Below, piece after piece: positions 28,201 to 37,985 of a stretch of DNA of 64,000 nt (positions are counted from its first letter, which is position 1; each line of letters begins with the position of its first letter). The stretch lies in the NCBI GenBank assembly GCA_965213685.1, contig CBDBZY010000005.1, positions 1-64,000 of the forward strand, written 5' to 3'. Below the pieces are notes generated by a model. It was given only the letters and a program-made list of their open reading frames with translations, was not told the origin of the DNA and searched no databases. This DNA comes from a bacterium (lineage in GTDB: Bacteria > UBA8248). Made by a program: the position numbers and the translations under genes.

Positions 28201-30011
28201 GGCAGGATGATGTAGCCGTATTCCTTGCCCTCCGCCTTGCGCATCGCGCGGCCCACCGCCTGCACGATGTCCACGTGCGACTTGCGCTTCTCCATGAAGA
28301 GCACGGCGTCCAGGGCGGGCACGTCCACCCCCTCGGAGAGGCAGCGCGCGTTCGAGAGGATGCGGCAGGCGCCCTCCCCCTCATCCTCCTCCCGGAGCCA
28401 GTCGATCCGGCCCTTGCGCTGGAGGGCGTTGTTCTTCCCGTCCACGTGTTCCGTCTCGCACCGCAGCGCGCCCGCCCGCTCCTCGGCGGGCAGCCGTTCG
28501 ACCGCCTGTGCGACGACGTCGCTCCAGTGGTCATTCAGCCGCTGTGACCCCTTGATCGTGTTCGTGAACGCGATGGCGCGCCTGAGCGGGCCGACCGGCC
28601 CGGCCTTCCCGCCCGCACCGCTTTCGGGGTTCTGGAGTGCGCGCCAGCAGCCGACGATCTTCGTCTGGTCGGTGATGGTGATTTCGCTCCTCCCCGTCTT
28701 CCCGAGTCCCTGGAGCGCCTCGCCCGCCCCCTCCTCGGAGAGGGTGAGCACCACGACCTTGAAGTCGGAGAGCAGCTTCTGCTCGACCGCGCGGGAGAAG
28801 GGCAGGCGGTGGAACTCCGGCCCGTAGGTATTCTCATCGTCCATCGAGAACACCTCGACGTCGCGGCTTTTCGCCCTGGCCTTCGCACTCTCGGTGTAGA
28901 GGCGGGGGGTGGCCGTCATGTAGAGGCGTTTTTCCGCGCGTATCCGCTCCTCGTCGTGCACCAGCACGAAGGGGGAGGTCTTCTCCTCCCCGGGACGCTC
29001 GACGCCCGTCGTGCGGTGGGCCTCGTCGCAGAGGATGAGGTCGAACGCCGGCGCCCCTCCCTCTTGGGCCGCCGCCACCAGGGGGAGGGAGTGGTAGGTG
29101 CAGAAGACGGCCGTCAGGGCGTCCTGCGGCGTCTCCCGCAGGCTCGCGGCTATCCTCTCCGGGTCGGTGGTGGGAGGAATCTCCAGCTCCTCCAGCAGGG
29201 CGTCCTCCACCACGTCGCCTTTTTTCGTCGTCTTTTTTCCCGCACTCGCGTCCGAGCAGACGCCGACGTAGCGGTGCGGGAGGCGCCTCTGCTCCGCCCA
29301 CTCCCGCATCGACTGGGCGAACAGCGCGATGGACGGCACCAGGTAGAGCACCCGCCCGCCGCGGCCGGCGACCTCCTCGGCGATGCGCAGGGCGGTGAAG
29401 GTCTTGCCCGTGCCGCACGCCATGATGAGCTTGCCGCGGTCGCCCTTCTGAAAGCCCGCCAGCACGCCGTCGAGCGCCTCCCGCTGATGCGGACGCAGGC
29501 AGAACCGCTCGCCCCGGCGGCGCAAATCCTCCGGCTCGTCGCGCACCAGGTCGGGCCAGTCGAAGCCGTAGGCCGCGAGGTCGCCGAAGCGCAGCACCTG
29601 GCATTCCGGCTTGAGGCCAAGGATGGCGTCCGTCGCGTTCGGCCCCCAGTCGTCGCCTGTGTCCACCACGATGCGGGCGGTGAACGGGTCGCGGCTGGAG
29701 GCTGCGATGAACGAATCGAGATGCGGCTTCGCGATGCGCGTGCCCGGGGCGTAGCACTTGCACTGCACCGCGCAGTAGCCGTCCCCCGCGCGCTCCTGGG
29801 CCACGAGGTCGATCCCGGTGTCCTTCCCGCTGAAGCCGTGATGCCGCGCCGCCCAATCGCTCCAGCGCCAGACGTCCGAGAAGCGGTCGGAATAGACAGG
29901 ATCTTCCCGGAAATACTCCCTCATCACCCGCTCGAAGGTGCGCCCCTTCTCGACCTCGGTGTCCGAGATGGCGCGTATCTGCTCCAGCATGGTCTGAAAA
30001 TCGACGCCCAA
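25233..30011 (-). CDS. Type ISP restriction-modification enzyme (Mrr-like nuclease, SF2 helicase, N6-adenine methyltransferase, C-terminal specificity domain)
   Basis: GIDLV..VQCK nuclease; MACGTGKT, DEAH, TATP, QAVGRAMR helicase; LGIVYTP, LDPFTGTG, GNPPW MTase; LlaGI-like C-terminus. Confidence 0.93.
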   Translation of the reverse strand: MGVDFQTMLEQIRAISDTEVEKGRTFERVMREYFREDPVYSDRFSDVWRWSDWAARHHGFSGKDTGIDLVAQERAGDGYCAVQCKCYAPGTRIAKPHLDSFIAASSRDPFTARIVVDTGDDWGPNATDAILGLKPECQVLRFGDLAAYGFDWPDLVRDEPEDLRRRGERFCLRPHQREALDGVLAGFQKGDRGKLIMACGTGKTFTALRIAEEVAGRGGRVLYLVPSIALFAQSMREWAEQRRLPHRYVGVCSDASAGKKTTKKGDVVEDALLEELEIPPTTDPERIAASLRETPQDALTAVFCTYHSLPLVAAAQEGGAPAFDLILCDEAHRTTGVERPGEEKTSPFVLVHDEERIRAEKRLYMTATPRLYTESAKARAKSRDVEVFSMDDENTYGPEFHRLPFSRAVEQKLLSDFKVVVLTLSEEGAGEALQGLGKTGRSEITITDQTKIVGCWRALQNPESGAGGKAGPVGPLRRAIAFTNTIKGSQRLNDHWSDVVAQAVERLPAEERAGALRCETEHVDGKNNALQRKGRIDWLREEDEGEGACRILSNARCLSEGVDVPALDAVLFMEKRKSHVDIVQAVGRAMRKAEGKEYGYIILPVAIPPGADPVRALDRNAQFEVVWQVLNALRAHDERFNAEINQIDLNENRSDRIIFGGGDDSEFGGDESEQPLPFPPVDVPPGAIYAKIVERCGDRRYWESWAKDVADIFARLVARIECLLETPGNEFLCEWFGAFHKALRESINESITRQSAVDMMAQHILTRPVFEALFEGYDFAAGNPVSQALDNLREDFAEFGLEGELREMKPFYESVRNRARGLDNAEARQRVLMELYENFFRTAMRKEAEKLGIVYTPTEIVDFLLHSADHVLRAEFGRSLSDAGVRVLDPFTGTGVFLVRLLQSGLIREEDLTRKYRDELHANEIVLLAYYIAAIHIEEAFHGRMGAGAAYEPFRGVVLTDTFNLHTERTGFPKDWLPDNSARVERQQQAQIQVIVGNPPWSAGQKSAADDNQNVFYPEMSERIRQTYAARSDATLKKYLYDSYKMAIRWASDRIGKKEGGVVAFVTNGSWIDGNGDSGVRACLAEEFDKIYVLNLRGNLHTQGEVSKREGGNVFDVRVPVAITILVRRPLSKQASKQANPPLYHNIGDYLKREEKLAILREAGSIAGIEDWREIAPDRHHDWIGQRAEAYQALLPMGTKKAKARRADDAIFRLFSLGYATGRDAYIYNFSRTACAENARRMVGDYAAALRELERTGGDAEEIARRHAAHVRWDENLRNNLRQGKTAAAYAPGRVWRTQYRPFVKQHCYVDYVLVHRKYRQDSIFPDAGSANRAICVSGKSAKTPFSALMVDAMPDLHFMAFGQCFPRWRYQAPEDAQGALPGTEKRLERVDNISDAALRKFRAHYADNRISKDDVFDYVYGVLHAPDFRARFANDLAKELPRAPLAPDFRAFADAGRALAALHLGYETCAEYPLEVVFTGRGEARPAHYRIGKQMRFADKEERTTLVVNDHIRLRGVPAEAHRYAVNGRTPLEWLVDRYRFRKDKESGIANDPNGWFDDPRDLIAALRRAVHLGVETARVIDALPPALAPE
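26594..26617 (-). repeat. (GCAA)6 simple sequence repeat inside the type ISP gene
   Basis: TTGC x6 on + strand; encodes SKQASKQA, currently in frame. Confidence 0.9.
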
Positions 30012-30402
30012 CGTCTCCCCTCCTCCTCCTTGCCGGGATGCGGAGCGGGAGCAACCCCCTCCCCCTCCGCCACGGGGCGGCGGCTTGCTCGCTCCCTGCG
30101 CACAAGATGAAAATGTGCCGCAAAGTTATGGCAAATCAGGAGGCGAATGCAAACGAACGGGGGGAGACGGGCCGCCGGAGGGGCCGCTGAGGGAGGGGGA
30201 GGAACGAAACCGCCCGCCCGACGCTGCGCCGATGGGACTGAGAGACGTCCTCTAGCGTAGTATTCTGCCGAATCTGCCTCAAGGTATGTCATATTATACG
30301 TATAACGATGATCTCATTTCGCCGATGAGGCTACCACCGGATGCGCGGACGAACGGTTGCGGATAAAAAAATTACCGTTAGCGATAAAGAAGTAAGATCG
30401 GT

Positions 30403-31755
30403 ATGTTGGCCTGCCAGACTCCATGTGCCAACTACGCCATCTTAAGAACAGTGCCCATGCGTTCCGATCGTGCGCAACAAAAACGAGATGTAAGGAACGA
30501 GTCCCACCAGCCATCTAATCAAAAAAAGCAACCACCGGACGCACATGCAATCCCCGAGGTTAGTGCCCCCGATTTGAGTTGGCGCCTCTCTGATCATCAT
30601 GGTGCCGAAGCTGCAGATGAAATGGTTGCTGACCCTTGGGATGTCCACATTGCGGACAAAAATAATCTACTTGCCGAAACAGGTGAGCCATCATCAAACC
30701 ATGATGTTGCTCCTGTCTCGGCGAAAGTGGGTCTAAAGCTCTTCAACGCATTAAATGAATGGCCACCAGAAGACGATGCGGACGCTGTCTCAACGGAAAT
30801 ACCACTCAAACTCTTCAACGCATTAGACGCATGGCCGCAGGAGGACGATGCCGAGGCTATCGACGACAATAGCGAGCAATTCCACCCGGCAAACAACGAT
30901 AGATTGCCGGATGCTTCGACCAATCCCGAGCCGCTTCTCGGAGTGTTCAGCCCGGCAAATGATATTTTCGAGCTGGACCGGTCCAATGAAGGAGTTTTTG
31001 ATGAAGCAGTCGACGGAGGATTCGAAGGGTTCGTGGCCGATGAGCACGAAGACCTGGCCGACGACTCCTACATCTCTGAATTCGACGAGAACGCCCAACA
31101 ACCACCCTGGGAAATCGCCCCAAAGGAAGAAGAGCGAAATTTACGTCGTGCTCGCACCAAGGCGGCGAAAGTTGTAAATCTGCTTGATTTCAGAAGCCCT
31201 CGCGAGCGAGAGAGGATCATAGCGTATCTGACGGAATTGTTTCAGCAGATGACACATCCGGCGACCTTCCGAGCAATCGAGAGAGCGTCAGAAGGGATAG
31301 GGTTCGACACTTTGGAAGCGATGGTGGAATTGCGCCGATGGTGGTTGAGATTTGACGAACTACGCACGCCTAGGCGCAGCCTAACATTTAGATGGGATAC
31401 GGCGCGCCTCGTGTGTCTCGCCAGAAAGGATTATCCCCCAGAGGCCATGATCGATGACGATTGGCTCGACGAATGGTTGCGATTGCCATATCCGGATCCC
31501 AACTACTCTAGTTTTTCCTCCTACATTGAATACAAGGTTCTTTACCGTGAAGCCGAACTTCTGGGGCAGGGGCTAAGACATTGGGAGCACGGCAATGATT
31601 ATGTAGAAATGGGCGATGACTACAGCTGGTATCGGCGCCTCCCTGGCTATGGTGAGACAATGCGAGATATACGAGGCCATTTCCGCATCATCACGCCCTA
31701 TGATGACTGGACCAGGGACACCACCATCCATTTGTCCCGAGAGGATGAGAAATGA
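30403..31755 (+). CDS. Hypothetical protein, acidic low-complexity N-terminal half and Trp-rich helical C-terminal domain
   Basis: 450-codon ORF in a lower-GC segment; ATGA overlap with the downstream helicase; exact start uncertain. Confidence 0.75.
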   Translation: MLACQTPCANYAILRTVPMRSDRAQQKRDVRNESHQPSNQKKQPPDAHAIPEVSAPDLSWRLSDHHGAEAADEMVADPWDVHIADKNNLLAETGEPSSNHDVAPVSAKVGLKLFNALNEWPPEDDADAVSTEIPLKLFNALDAWPQEDDAEAIDDNSEQFHPANNDRLPDASTNPEPLLGVFSPANDIFELDRSNEGVFDEAVDGGFEGFVADEHEDLADDSYISEFDENAQQPPWEIAPKEEERNLRRARTKAAKVVNLLDFRSPRERERIIAYLTELFQQMTHPATFRAIERASEGIGFDTLEAMVELRRWWLRFDELRTPRRSLTFRWDTARLVCLARKDYPPEAMIDDDWLDEWLRLPYPDPNYSSFSSYIEYKVLYREAELLGQGLRHWEHGNDYVEMGDDYSWYRRLPGYGETMRDIRGHFRIITPYDDWTRDTTIHLSREDEK

Positions 31756-34586
31756 TGCCCATTGAGGTTCTGCTCCCGATCAAAGGATGCTGGGTGAGGC
31801 GTCGCGGCGGCCTCAAGGGACCGCTGGGACGGGTAGAAGAAGTGAACAGCAACGGAGCAACATCAAATCAGGTAAAGGTAATTTGGGGACAAGGAGAAAG
31901 TGAATGGCTGAATGTCGATGAACTGGAGGCTGGATTTCAGCCCAAATGGGCTGTGCAAGACGTTCCTCTTTCCGCAACGCGCAAGCCTTTGGGACAAGGG
32001 CGCGTCGTAGGCAAACGTACATTGGGCGGCCGCCACCAAATTCTTGTGCAACTCGACGATACTGGCCGCTCGGTCTGGTTGCCCTACGAAAACCTGCGGC
32101 GCATTAAAGATGTGCGCATGCGCTATGCTCGCGCGGAGACAGGAGTCGAAAACCATGCCGAAAGGCTCCGCCTTCGCCTGCTTGCCCATGCGCTCGAGAA
32201 CTGGAACCACCTCACCGGCTCGCTAGACCGGCTTGACGTCGACCCCCTCCCGCACCAAATCCAGCTTGTGCATCGGATAATAAGTTCCGGCAACTATAAT
32301 TGGCTAATCGCCGATGACGTAGGGTTGGGCAAGACCATCGAAGTCGGACTGTTGCTCGCCGCCCTCAAACGCAAGGGACAGGCGCGGCGCGTATTGATCG
32401 TTTCTCCCTCCGGTCTTGTGCGCCAATGGCAGGACGAACTCCTTTACAAATTCGACCAGCAGGCTCGAATCTATGGGCGCGACTTCACCATCAACAAGCC
32501 GGAACACTGGAAACTATACGACTACGTCATCGTCTCAATCGATCTCGCCAAGCGGGAAAACCACATGCAAGCGTTTCGGGAGGCGGGAGGATGGGACGTC
32601 ATTGTGTTTGACGAGGGACACAAGCTCACGCGATATGCCAGCGGAGAGCGCGCGGACCGATATAAGCTGGCGGAAATGCTAAGGCCGATGGCGGACGCAT
32701 TTCTCCTCCTCAGCGGCACTCCCCATCAAGGTTATGCGGATAGGTTCATATCGCTCCTTGAACTCGTGCGGCCTGATCTCAGGCCGAGAATACAAACTCT
32801 CGAAGCTAACCCAGAAGTTGTGGGCGACATGATTTTGCGAAATCGAAAGAGCGAGGTCACCGACGCCGACGGGGAGTTCATATTCAAAGGGCAGCAGATA
32901 CACAGGATTGCCATAGAGCCATCCGAACAGACTCGCGCATTCCAGCGTGGCTTGAACAAGTACCTCAGGCACGGCTACCGGGCTGGAGAGCAGACAGGCG
33001 CGGTTGGGCGTGCCATCGGTTTCGTCATGACAACCTACAGAAAACTTTCCTCCTCAAGTATCGCAGCGATCGAACGCGGTCTTAGACTTCGCATGGAGCG
33101 CCTGTCACATAGCGTGAACGCGCAAGACGAAACCGACATCATGGATGATCTGACGTTGGAGGATCTCTCCGAAGGCGGGGACGACCAAGACGACCTTGAA
33201 TCGCACTCGACGAAAGCGACGGAATTCTTCGCCCACGAAAAGGAGATGCTAGAAAACTTGCTTGCAGACGCGAAGGCCATCCGAAGCACCGACGAAAAGC
33301 TGCGCATATTTATCGACCAAGTCGTGGCCCCTCTCGTGGACGAAGGGAAAAACCTTCTCGTATTCACTGAATATCGGGCAACGCAATCCTACATTAAGGA
33401 AGCGCTACAAACTCGATTTCCCGATGACGGTGAAGTCGTCTTGATAAACGGTTCGATGACGCTGGATGAGAAGATGAAAGCCATTGAGGCATTTAGCGAA
33501 TCGGCGCGATTCATGGTTTCGACAGAAGCCGGCGGCGAGGGGATCAACCTTCATGAGTCATGTCATGTGATGGTGAACTATGACCTGCCGTGGAACCCGG
33601 CGAGATTGGTACAGCGTATTGGAAGACTATACCGATACGGGCAAAATGAAACCGTCGTCGTATTCAACCTTCACGCCCGTGACAGCTTCGACAATAAGGC
33701 CATTGACTTGATGATGCAGCGCGTCAGTCAGATCGCACAGGACATGAAACCTGTGGGCACAGAGTACAATGACCGACTTTATGCCGAAATTCTTGGCGAA
33801 GTGCTGGACAATCTCGACTTCGCATCCATCCTTCAATCAGCGACCGAGATGCAAATGGGTTATACGTCTAAGCAAATTGATGAAGCGCTGGCCCGCGCAG
33901 AACAAGCAAAGCGCTTGCAGGATGAGATATTTACACACGTGTCTGGTTACGATCCAAATGCTTTGGGCGGCACCATCGGCTTCACCATGCAGCACGTCGA
34001 TGTTTTTATCCGCGGCATGCTGCCCATTGTTGCAATCAAACTTGAAACAACTTTATACGAGGGGGCGGTCAAGGAAATTCGACTGCCCGAAACGCTTCGA
34101 GGCCAATTCCCGGAGTTTGGGCAACGAACCGTGGTGAGGGTTACGACAGATCGCCGCCTTGCACAGCGGCTACACGATGTTGTTTTGCTCGATTTCGAGA
34201 CACCGTTTTTCCGGTATCTGATTGAGCAAGCGAAATCACGGGGTTTCGATGGGATCTACGCATCGGCTCTATCGACCGCTGATATTCAAGGCATCCTTTT
34301 GGCCTTCAAGCTTCGCTGGCAGAATGACCAGGGCGAGACTTTGACAGAGGAATTTGTTCCGTTGTTCGCTGAGGCGAATGGAATGATCACAAAATTCCCG
34401 CAATTCCTTGCGCAGTGGCTGGTATCGCCGATCCAACCCGCTCCGGCACCCGCCCCCCAAACAGCGGATCGCCTGAAAATGTATGACCGATTAGTGGCGA
34501 AGGCTGAGCAAATCCTTGCCGCCGAAAGTACGCGCTTCAAGCATCCAAACGGACTTGTAGAACTCGCCGCAGCGGATTACAGATAA
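31752..34586 (+). CDS. SNF2/RapA-family SF2 helicase
   Basis: PHQ, LIADDVGLGKT, DEGH, LSGTP, VFTEY, STEAGGEGINL, YDLPWNP..LVQRIGRLYRYGQ. Confidence 0.93.
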   Translation: MMPIEVLLPIKGCWVRRRGGLKGPLGRVEEVNSNGATSNQVKVIWGQGESEWLNVDELEAGFQPKWAVQDVPLSATRKPLGQGRVVGKRTLGGRHQILVQLDDTGRSVWLPYENLRRIKDVRMRYARAETGVENHAERLRLRLLAHALENWNHLTGSLDRLDVDPLPHQIQLVHRIISSGNYNWLIADDVGLGKTIEVGLLLAALKRKGQARRVLIVSPSGLVRQWQDELLYKFDQQARIYGRDFTINKPEHWKLYDYVIVSIDLAKRENHMQAFREAGGWDVIVFDEGHKLTRYASGERADRYKLAEMLRPMADAFLLLSGTPHQGYADRFISLLELVRPDLRPRIQTLEANPEVVGDMILRNRKSEVTDADGEFIFKGQQIHRIAIEPSEQTRAFQRGLNKYLRHGYRAGEQTGAVGRAIGFVMTTYRKLSSSSIAAIERGLRLRMERLSHSVNAQDETDIMDDLTLEDLSEGGDDQDDLESHSTKATEFFAHEKEMLENLLADAKAIRSTDEKLRIFIDQVVAPLVDEGKNLLVFTEYRATQSYIKEALQTRFPDDGEVVLINGSMTLDEKMKAIEAFSESARFMVSTEAGGEGINLHESCHVMVNYDLPWNPARLVQRIGRLYRYGQNETVVVFNLHARDSFDNKAIDLMMQRVSQIAQDMKPVGTEYNDRLYAEILGEVLDNLDFASILQSATEMQMGYTSKQIDEALARAEQAKRLQDEIFTHVSGYDPNALGGTIGFTMQHVDVFIRGMLPIVAIKLETTLYEGAVKEIRLPETLRGQFPEFGQRTVVRVTTDRRLAQRLHDVVLLDFETPFFRYLIEQAKSRGFDGIYASALSTADIQGILLAFKLRWQNDQGETLTEEFVPLFAEANGMITKFPQFLAQWLVSPIQPAPAPAPQTADRLKMYDRLVAKAEQILAAESTRFKHPNGLVELAAADYR

Positions 34587-34689
34587 CTCTCGTTCATTTT
34601 CGCAACAATACGGCTCGCAGCTGGGGCATACTCTCTTCACGCCTCCTCACCAACGTCTCCCCTCCTCCTTACCGTCATGCCCGGCGGGG

Positions 34690-35340
34690 CTAGGGGCGCT
34701 TCCTGGTGCTTTTGGGGGCCGCTTTTTTCTGCGCGGTCTTCTTCGCGGCGGCTTTTTTCCGGGTGGTGCCCGCCTTCTTCGGGGCCGCCTTCTTCCTGGG
34801 CGCGGCCTTTTTCTTGCGGGCCTCTGCGCGCTCCTCCTCCTCCGTAGGCGGAAAAACGGGCTTCCGGCGACCGGTGACCAGGCGAAAGGCATAGCCCACC
34901 TGGGTTTCGCGCCATTCATTCTCCCCGAGATCCTGCAACACCAGCTCGACCGGGGAGCCCGGAACCAGCATGTCCCGGAAACCCTCCCACCCGATCAGGT
35001 GGGAATTTATCTTGATCCCCTCAGCAAGGAGGATGACCGCGGAGACGCGCTCTTCATCCCCCCGCACGGAGGCGCGCGTGACCGTGGCGGAGAGGAGCTT
35101 GCCCTTCCCGCTCAGGAGCACCTCGCTCGTGCTGCGCGGGCAAACAGGGTTGTCGCAAGTGGTCTTCGAACCCGTCTTGGGGAAGAAATACTCCTCGCAT
35201 TCCTGGCACACGGACCCGATGAGCCTGGGCTTGTGACGCGCGTTTCGGGGAATCGTAAAAACATCGCGCAGAAACGGGACGGCAACCTTGTTCTTGCCGG
35301 GAACAAAAATGGAGGGCTTGTTGTTCTGAGGCGCATGCAT
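34690..35340 (-). CDS. Zn-ribbon/OB-fold (DUF35-like) protein with Lys/Ala-rich C-terminal tail
   Basis: CQEC..FFP...CDNPVC, LSGKGKL, GSPVEL, YAFR, followed by KKAAP repeats. Confidence 0.75.
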   Translation of the reverse strand: MHAPQNNKPSIFVPGKNKVAVPFLRDVFTIPRNARHKPRLIGSVCQECEEYFFPKTGSKTTCDNPVCPRSTSEVLLSGKGKLLSATVTRASVRGDEERVSAVILLAEGIKINSHLIGWEGFRDMLVPGSPVELVLQDLGENEWRETQVGYAFRLVTGRRKPVFPPTEEEERAEARKKKAAPRKKAAPKKAGTTRKKAAAKKTAQKKAAPKSTRKRP

Positions 35341-35653
35341 GGGTTGACCTGCCTTTGCGATTCCAGGACGCTCAAACAAGGTAAGCCGAACATAAACAAC
35401 CACTTATAAAAAATTATGCCCCTGGCGCGGCTCCGGTGTGCGAACATTATCAGGGGCGCGCGCGGGTGTCAAGATGAGCGCGGAGCGGAAGAATCCGGGC
35501 ACACGCGCGCGCGGGCGCCATCCGCTCTCCTCTCTTCCGGGGGAAGACCCGCAGCCCTGTGCGCGGGGGAAATCCGCAACCCGCCCCTCCGACTTGACCA
35601 TCCGAAACCCGCAATCTTATATTCATCCCCTGTACGTATATGGGGGATGCGGC

Positions 35654-37102
35654 ATGACTTCTCCAGGCGCTCCGGATTCTCGCCCCGGGCTGTTGCGGCG
35701 ATTGCCCTCCGTGGACGAGATTGTCACCCGCCTCAGGAACGAGGGGGCGAACGGCTCGTCAGACGCCGCATTGTCCGACGCAGCCAGAGAGGCGATCGGG
35801 GGGAAGAGGCGGTTCCTGATGGAGCGCATCCACCGGGAAGAGTCCCCGAGAGGCGCGGAAAACGCCTCGCCGTCCGAGCGGGCGCTTCGGGATATGGTCC
35901 TCCGCGACGCGAAGCGGATTCTCTCCTCCCGCAAACGAAACGGGTTGAAAAAAGTCATCAACGCGACGGGAATCGTCCTACACACCAACCTGGGCCGGGC
36001 GCCGTTGAGCGACGCCGCGGCCGCGGCGCTGCAGGACGTCGCGCAAGGGTATTCCAACCTGGAGTTCGACCTCCGTCTCGGGCGCAGGGGAAAGAGGGGG
36101 GCCGACGTCGAATCCCTCCTCCGCCAGCTGACGGGCGCGGAATCCGCATTGGTCGTCAACAACAACGCCGCGGCCGTGATGTTCGCCATTCACGCCATGG
36201 CCCATTCCGCCGAGGTGATCGTCTCGCGGGGGGAGTTGATAGAAATCGGCGGCTCTTTTCGCATCCCCGACATCATGCGGCAGAGCGGCGCGACGCTGGT
36301 GGAAACCGGGACGACGAACAAAACGAGAATATCCGATTACCGGGACGCCATCACCGAACGCACCGCCCTGCTGCTCAAGGCGCATACGAGCAATTACAGG
36401 ATCGTCGGCTTCACCGAAGAGGTGTCTCGCGACGCGCTCTCCAGGCTCGGGGCGGAAAAGAACGTCCCCACCCTGGAAGACCTGGGAAGCGGCTCCCTCC
36501 TTCATGTGGACGGCCTCCCGCAGGAGCCCACCGTGCGGGAATCCATACGGGCCGGAATCGACGTCGTCACCTTCTCCGGAGACAAGCTGCTGGGCGGCCC
36601 GCAGGCCGGCGTCGTCGTCGGCAAGAGCGCATGGATAGAGAAGATGAAACGACACCCGCTCATGCGCATCCTGCGGCCGGACAAGCTCACGCTCGCCGCC
36701 CTGGAGGCGACGCTGCGGACGCATCTGGACCCGGACGCCGCCCGCGCAGCCATCCCGACCATCCGGATGTTGTCCGCCAGCCAGGAGGAATTGCGGGCGC
36801 GGGCGGAATCCCTGAGGGGCCTCATGGGAGAGCGGGCCTGTTCCGCCCTGGGCGCGAGCGTCGAAAAAACTTCCGGCATGGTGGGCGGCGGCGCCATGCC
36901 TTTGGCGAAGCTGGACAGCTGCGCCGTTACCCTCTCCCCTCAAAATTCCTCCGCGGATTCACTGGAGACCAAACTGCGCCACGCCGCCCCGCCCGTTGTG
37001 GCGCGGGTTCACGGAGACAAGGTGATACTCGACCTGCGATGCGTCACAGGGGAGGAAATCCGGCAGCTCGCCGCCCTTCTCCGAGAACTCGCAACAAGGT
37101 AG
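35654..37102 (+). CDS. selA: L-seryl-tRNA(Sec) selenium transferase
   Basis: VINATGIVLHTNLGRAPL, VNNNAAA, SRGELIEIGGSFRIP, EDLGSG, FSGDKLLGGPQAG. Confidence 0.97.
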   Translation: MTSPGAPDSRPGLLRRLPSVDEIVTRLRNEGANGSSDAALSDAAREAIGGKRRFLMERIHREESPRGAENASPSERALRDMVLRDAKRILSSRKRNGLKKVINATGIVLHTNLGRAPLSDAAAAALQDVAQGYSNLEFDLRLGRRGKRGADVESLLRQLTGAESALVVNNNAAAVMFAIHAMAHSAEVIVSRGELIEIGGSFRIPDIMRQSGATLVETGTTNKTRISDYRDAITERTALLLKAHTSNYRIVGFTEEVSRDALSRLGAEKNVPTLEDLGSGSLLHVDGLPQEPTVRESIRAGIDVVTFSGDKLLGGPQAGVVVGKSAWIEKMKRHPLMRILRPDKLTLAALEATLRTHLDPDAARAAIPTIRMLSASQEELRARAESLRGLMGERACSALGASVEKTSGMVGGGAMPLAKLDSCAVTLSPQNSSADSLETKLRHAAPPVVARVHGDKVILDLRCVTGEEIRQLAALLRELATR

Positions 37103-37181
37103 ATTTTCACCATCCTCGCACAGAGAAAACGGAATCCTCCAGCCCGAACATAGACCGAACATAGAGAGGTCAACTTATCCG

Positions 37182-37985
37182 ATGCCAACCACAAATTCCG
37201 AAGGCCTTGCGATAGATTATGAAGTCATCCGCCCCGACCATCCCCGGCCGCCCGTATTCCTGATCAGCGGGCTGGGCGGGGTGCGCGCGTCCTGGGAGAA
37301 ACAGCTCGACGACTTCTCCGCGCACAGGCCCCTCATCCTGCACGACCACCGGGGAACGGGAAAAAGCGACAAGCCGGGCGGCGTCTACAGCGTCCCGAAC
37401 ATGGCGAAAGACGTCATCGCCATCATGGATGACCTGGGAATCGAAAGGGCGCATCTCGTCGGCAGCTCAACCGGGGGCGCCATCATCCAGGTGATTTGCA
37501 TTGAGCGTCCCGACCGCGTTCAAAGCGCCTCCATCGTCAGCTCCTGGCCCAGGAGCGACGCATATTTCACCCGCCAGTTCAGCGTCCGCAAAGAAGTTCT
37601 GCTGGAGATGGGATGGGAAGCCTACACGAGATTTTCCACGTTCACCTTGCATAGCCCGCAGTTTTTCGCCGACAACTTCCAGACGATACAACAGAAAGAG
37701 GACGAATCGCTCCGGAGCGCGCCTCCTGCGGAGATCATGGCCGAGCGCATCGACTGCATCATAGCCCACGATCAGATGGAGCGACTGGGGCAAATCCGCA
37801 GCCCCGCACTGGTGGCCGTCGCAAGGGACGACGTCGTGACCCCGCTGTATTATTCCCAACAACTGGCTGATTCCATCCCCGGGGCGGAGCTGAAAATTTT
37901 TGACGGAGGCGGCCATTTCGTCTATCTCGAAAAACCCGCCGAATTCAACGCGGCCATCCTGGAATTCATCCACCGCCATGACTAA
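37182..37985 (+). CDS. Alpha/beta hydrolase (RutD/PcaD-like)
   Basis: SGLGG, DHRGTGKS, GSSTGG, DDVVTP, GGHF. Confidence 0.88.
   Translation: MPTTNSEGLAIDYEVIRPDHPRPPVFLISGLGGVRASWEKQLDDFSAHRPLILHDHRGTGKSDKPGGVYSVPNMAKDVIAIMDDLGIERAHLVGSSTGGAIIQVICIERPDRVQSASIVSSWPRSDAYFTRQFSVRKEVLLEMGWEAYTRFSTFTLHSPQFFADNFQTIQQKEDESLRSAPPAEIMAERIDCIIAHDQMERLGQIRSPALVAVARDDVVTPLYYSQQLADSIPGAELKIFDGGGHFVYLEKPAEFNAAILEFIHRHD

Noticed and set aside
30403-34586. Assignment to DISARM, BREX or Zorya
   Set aside because: Required partner genes (drmA/B/C, pglX/pglZ, zorA/B) are absent from the locus
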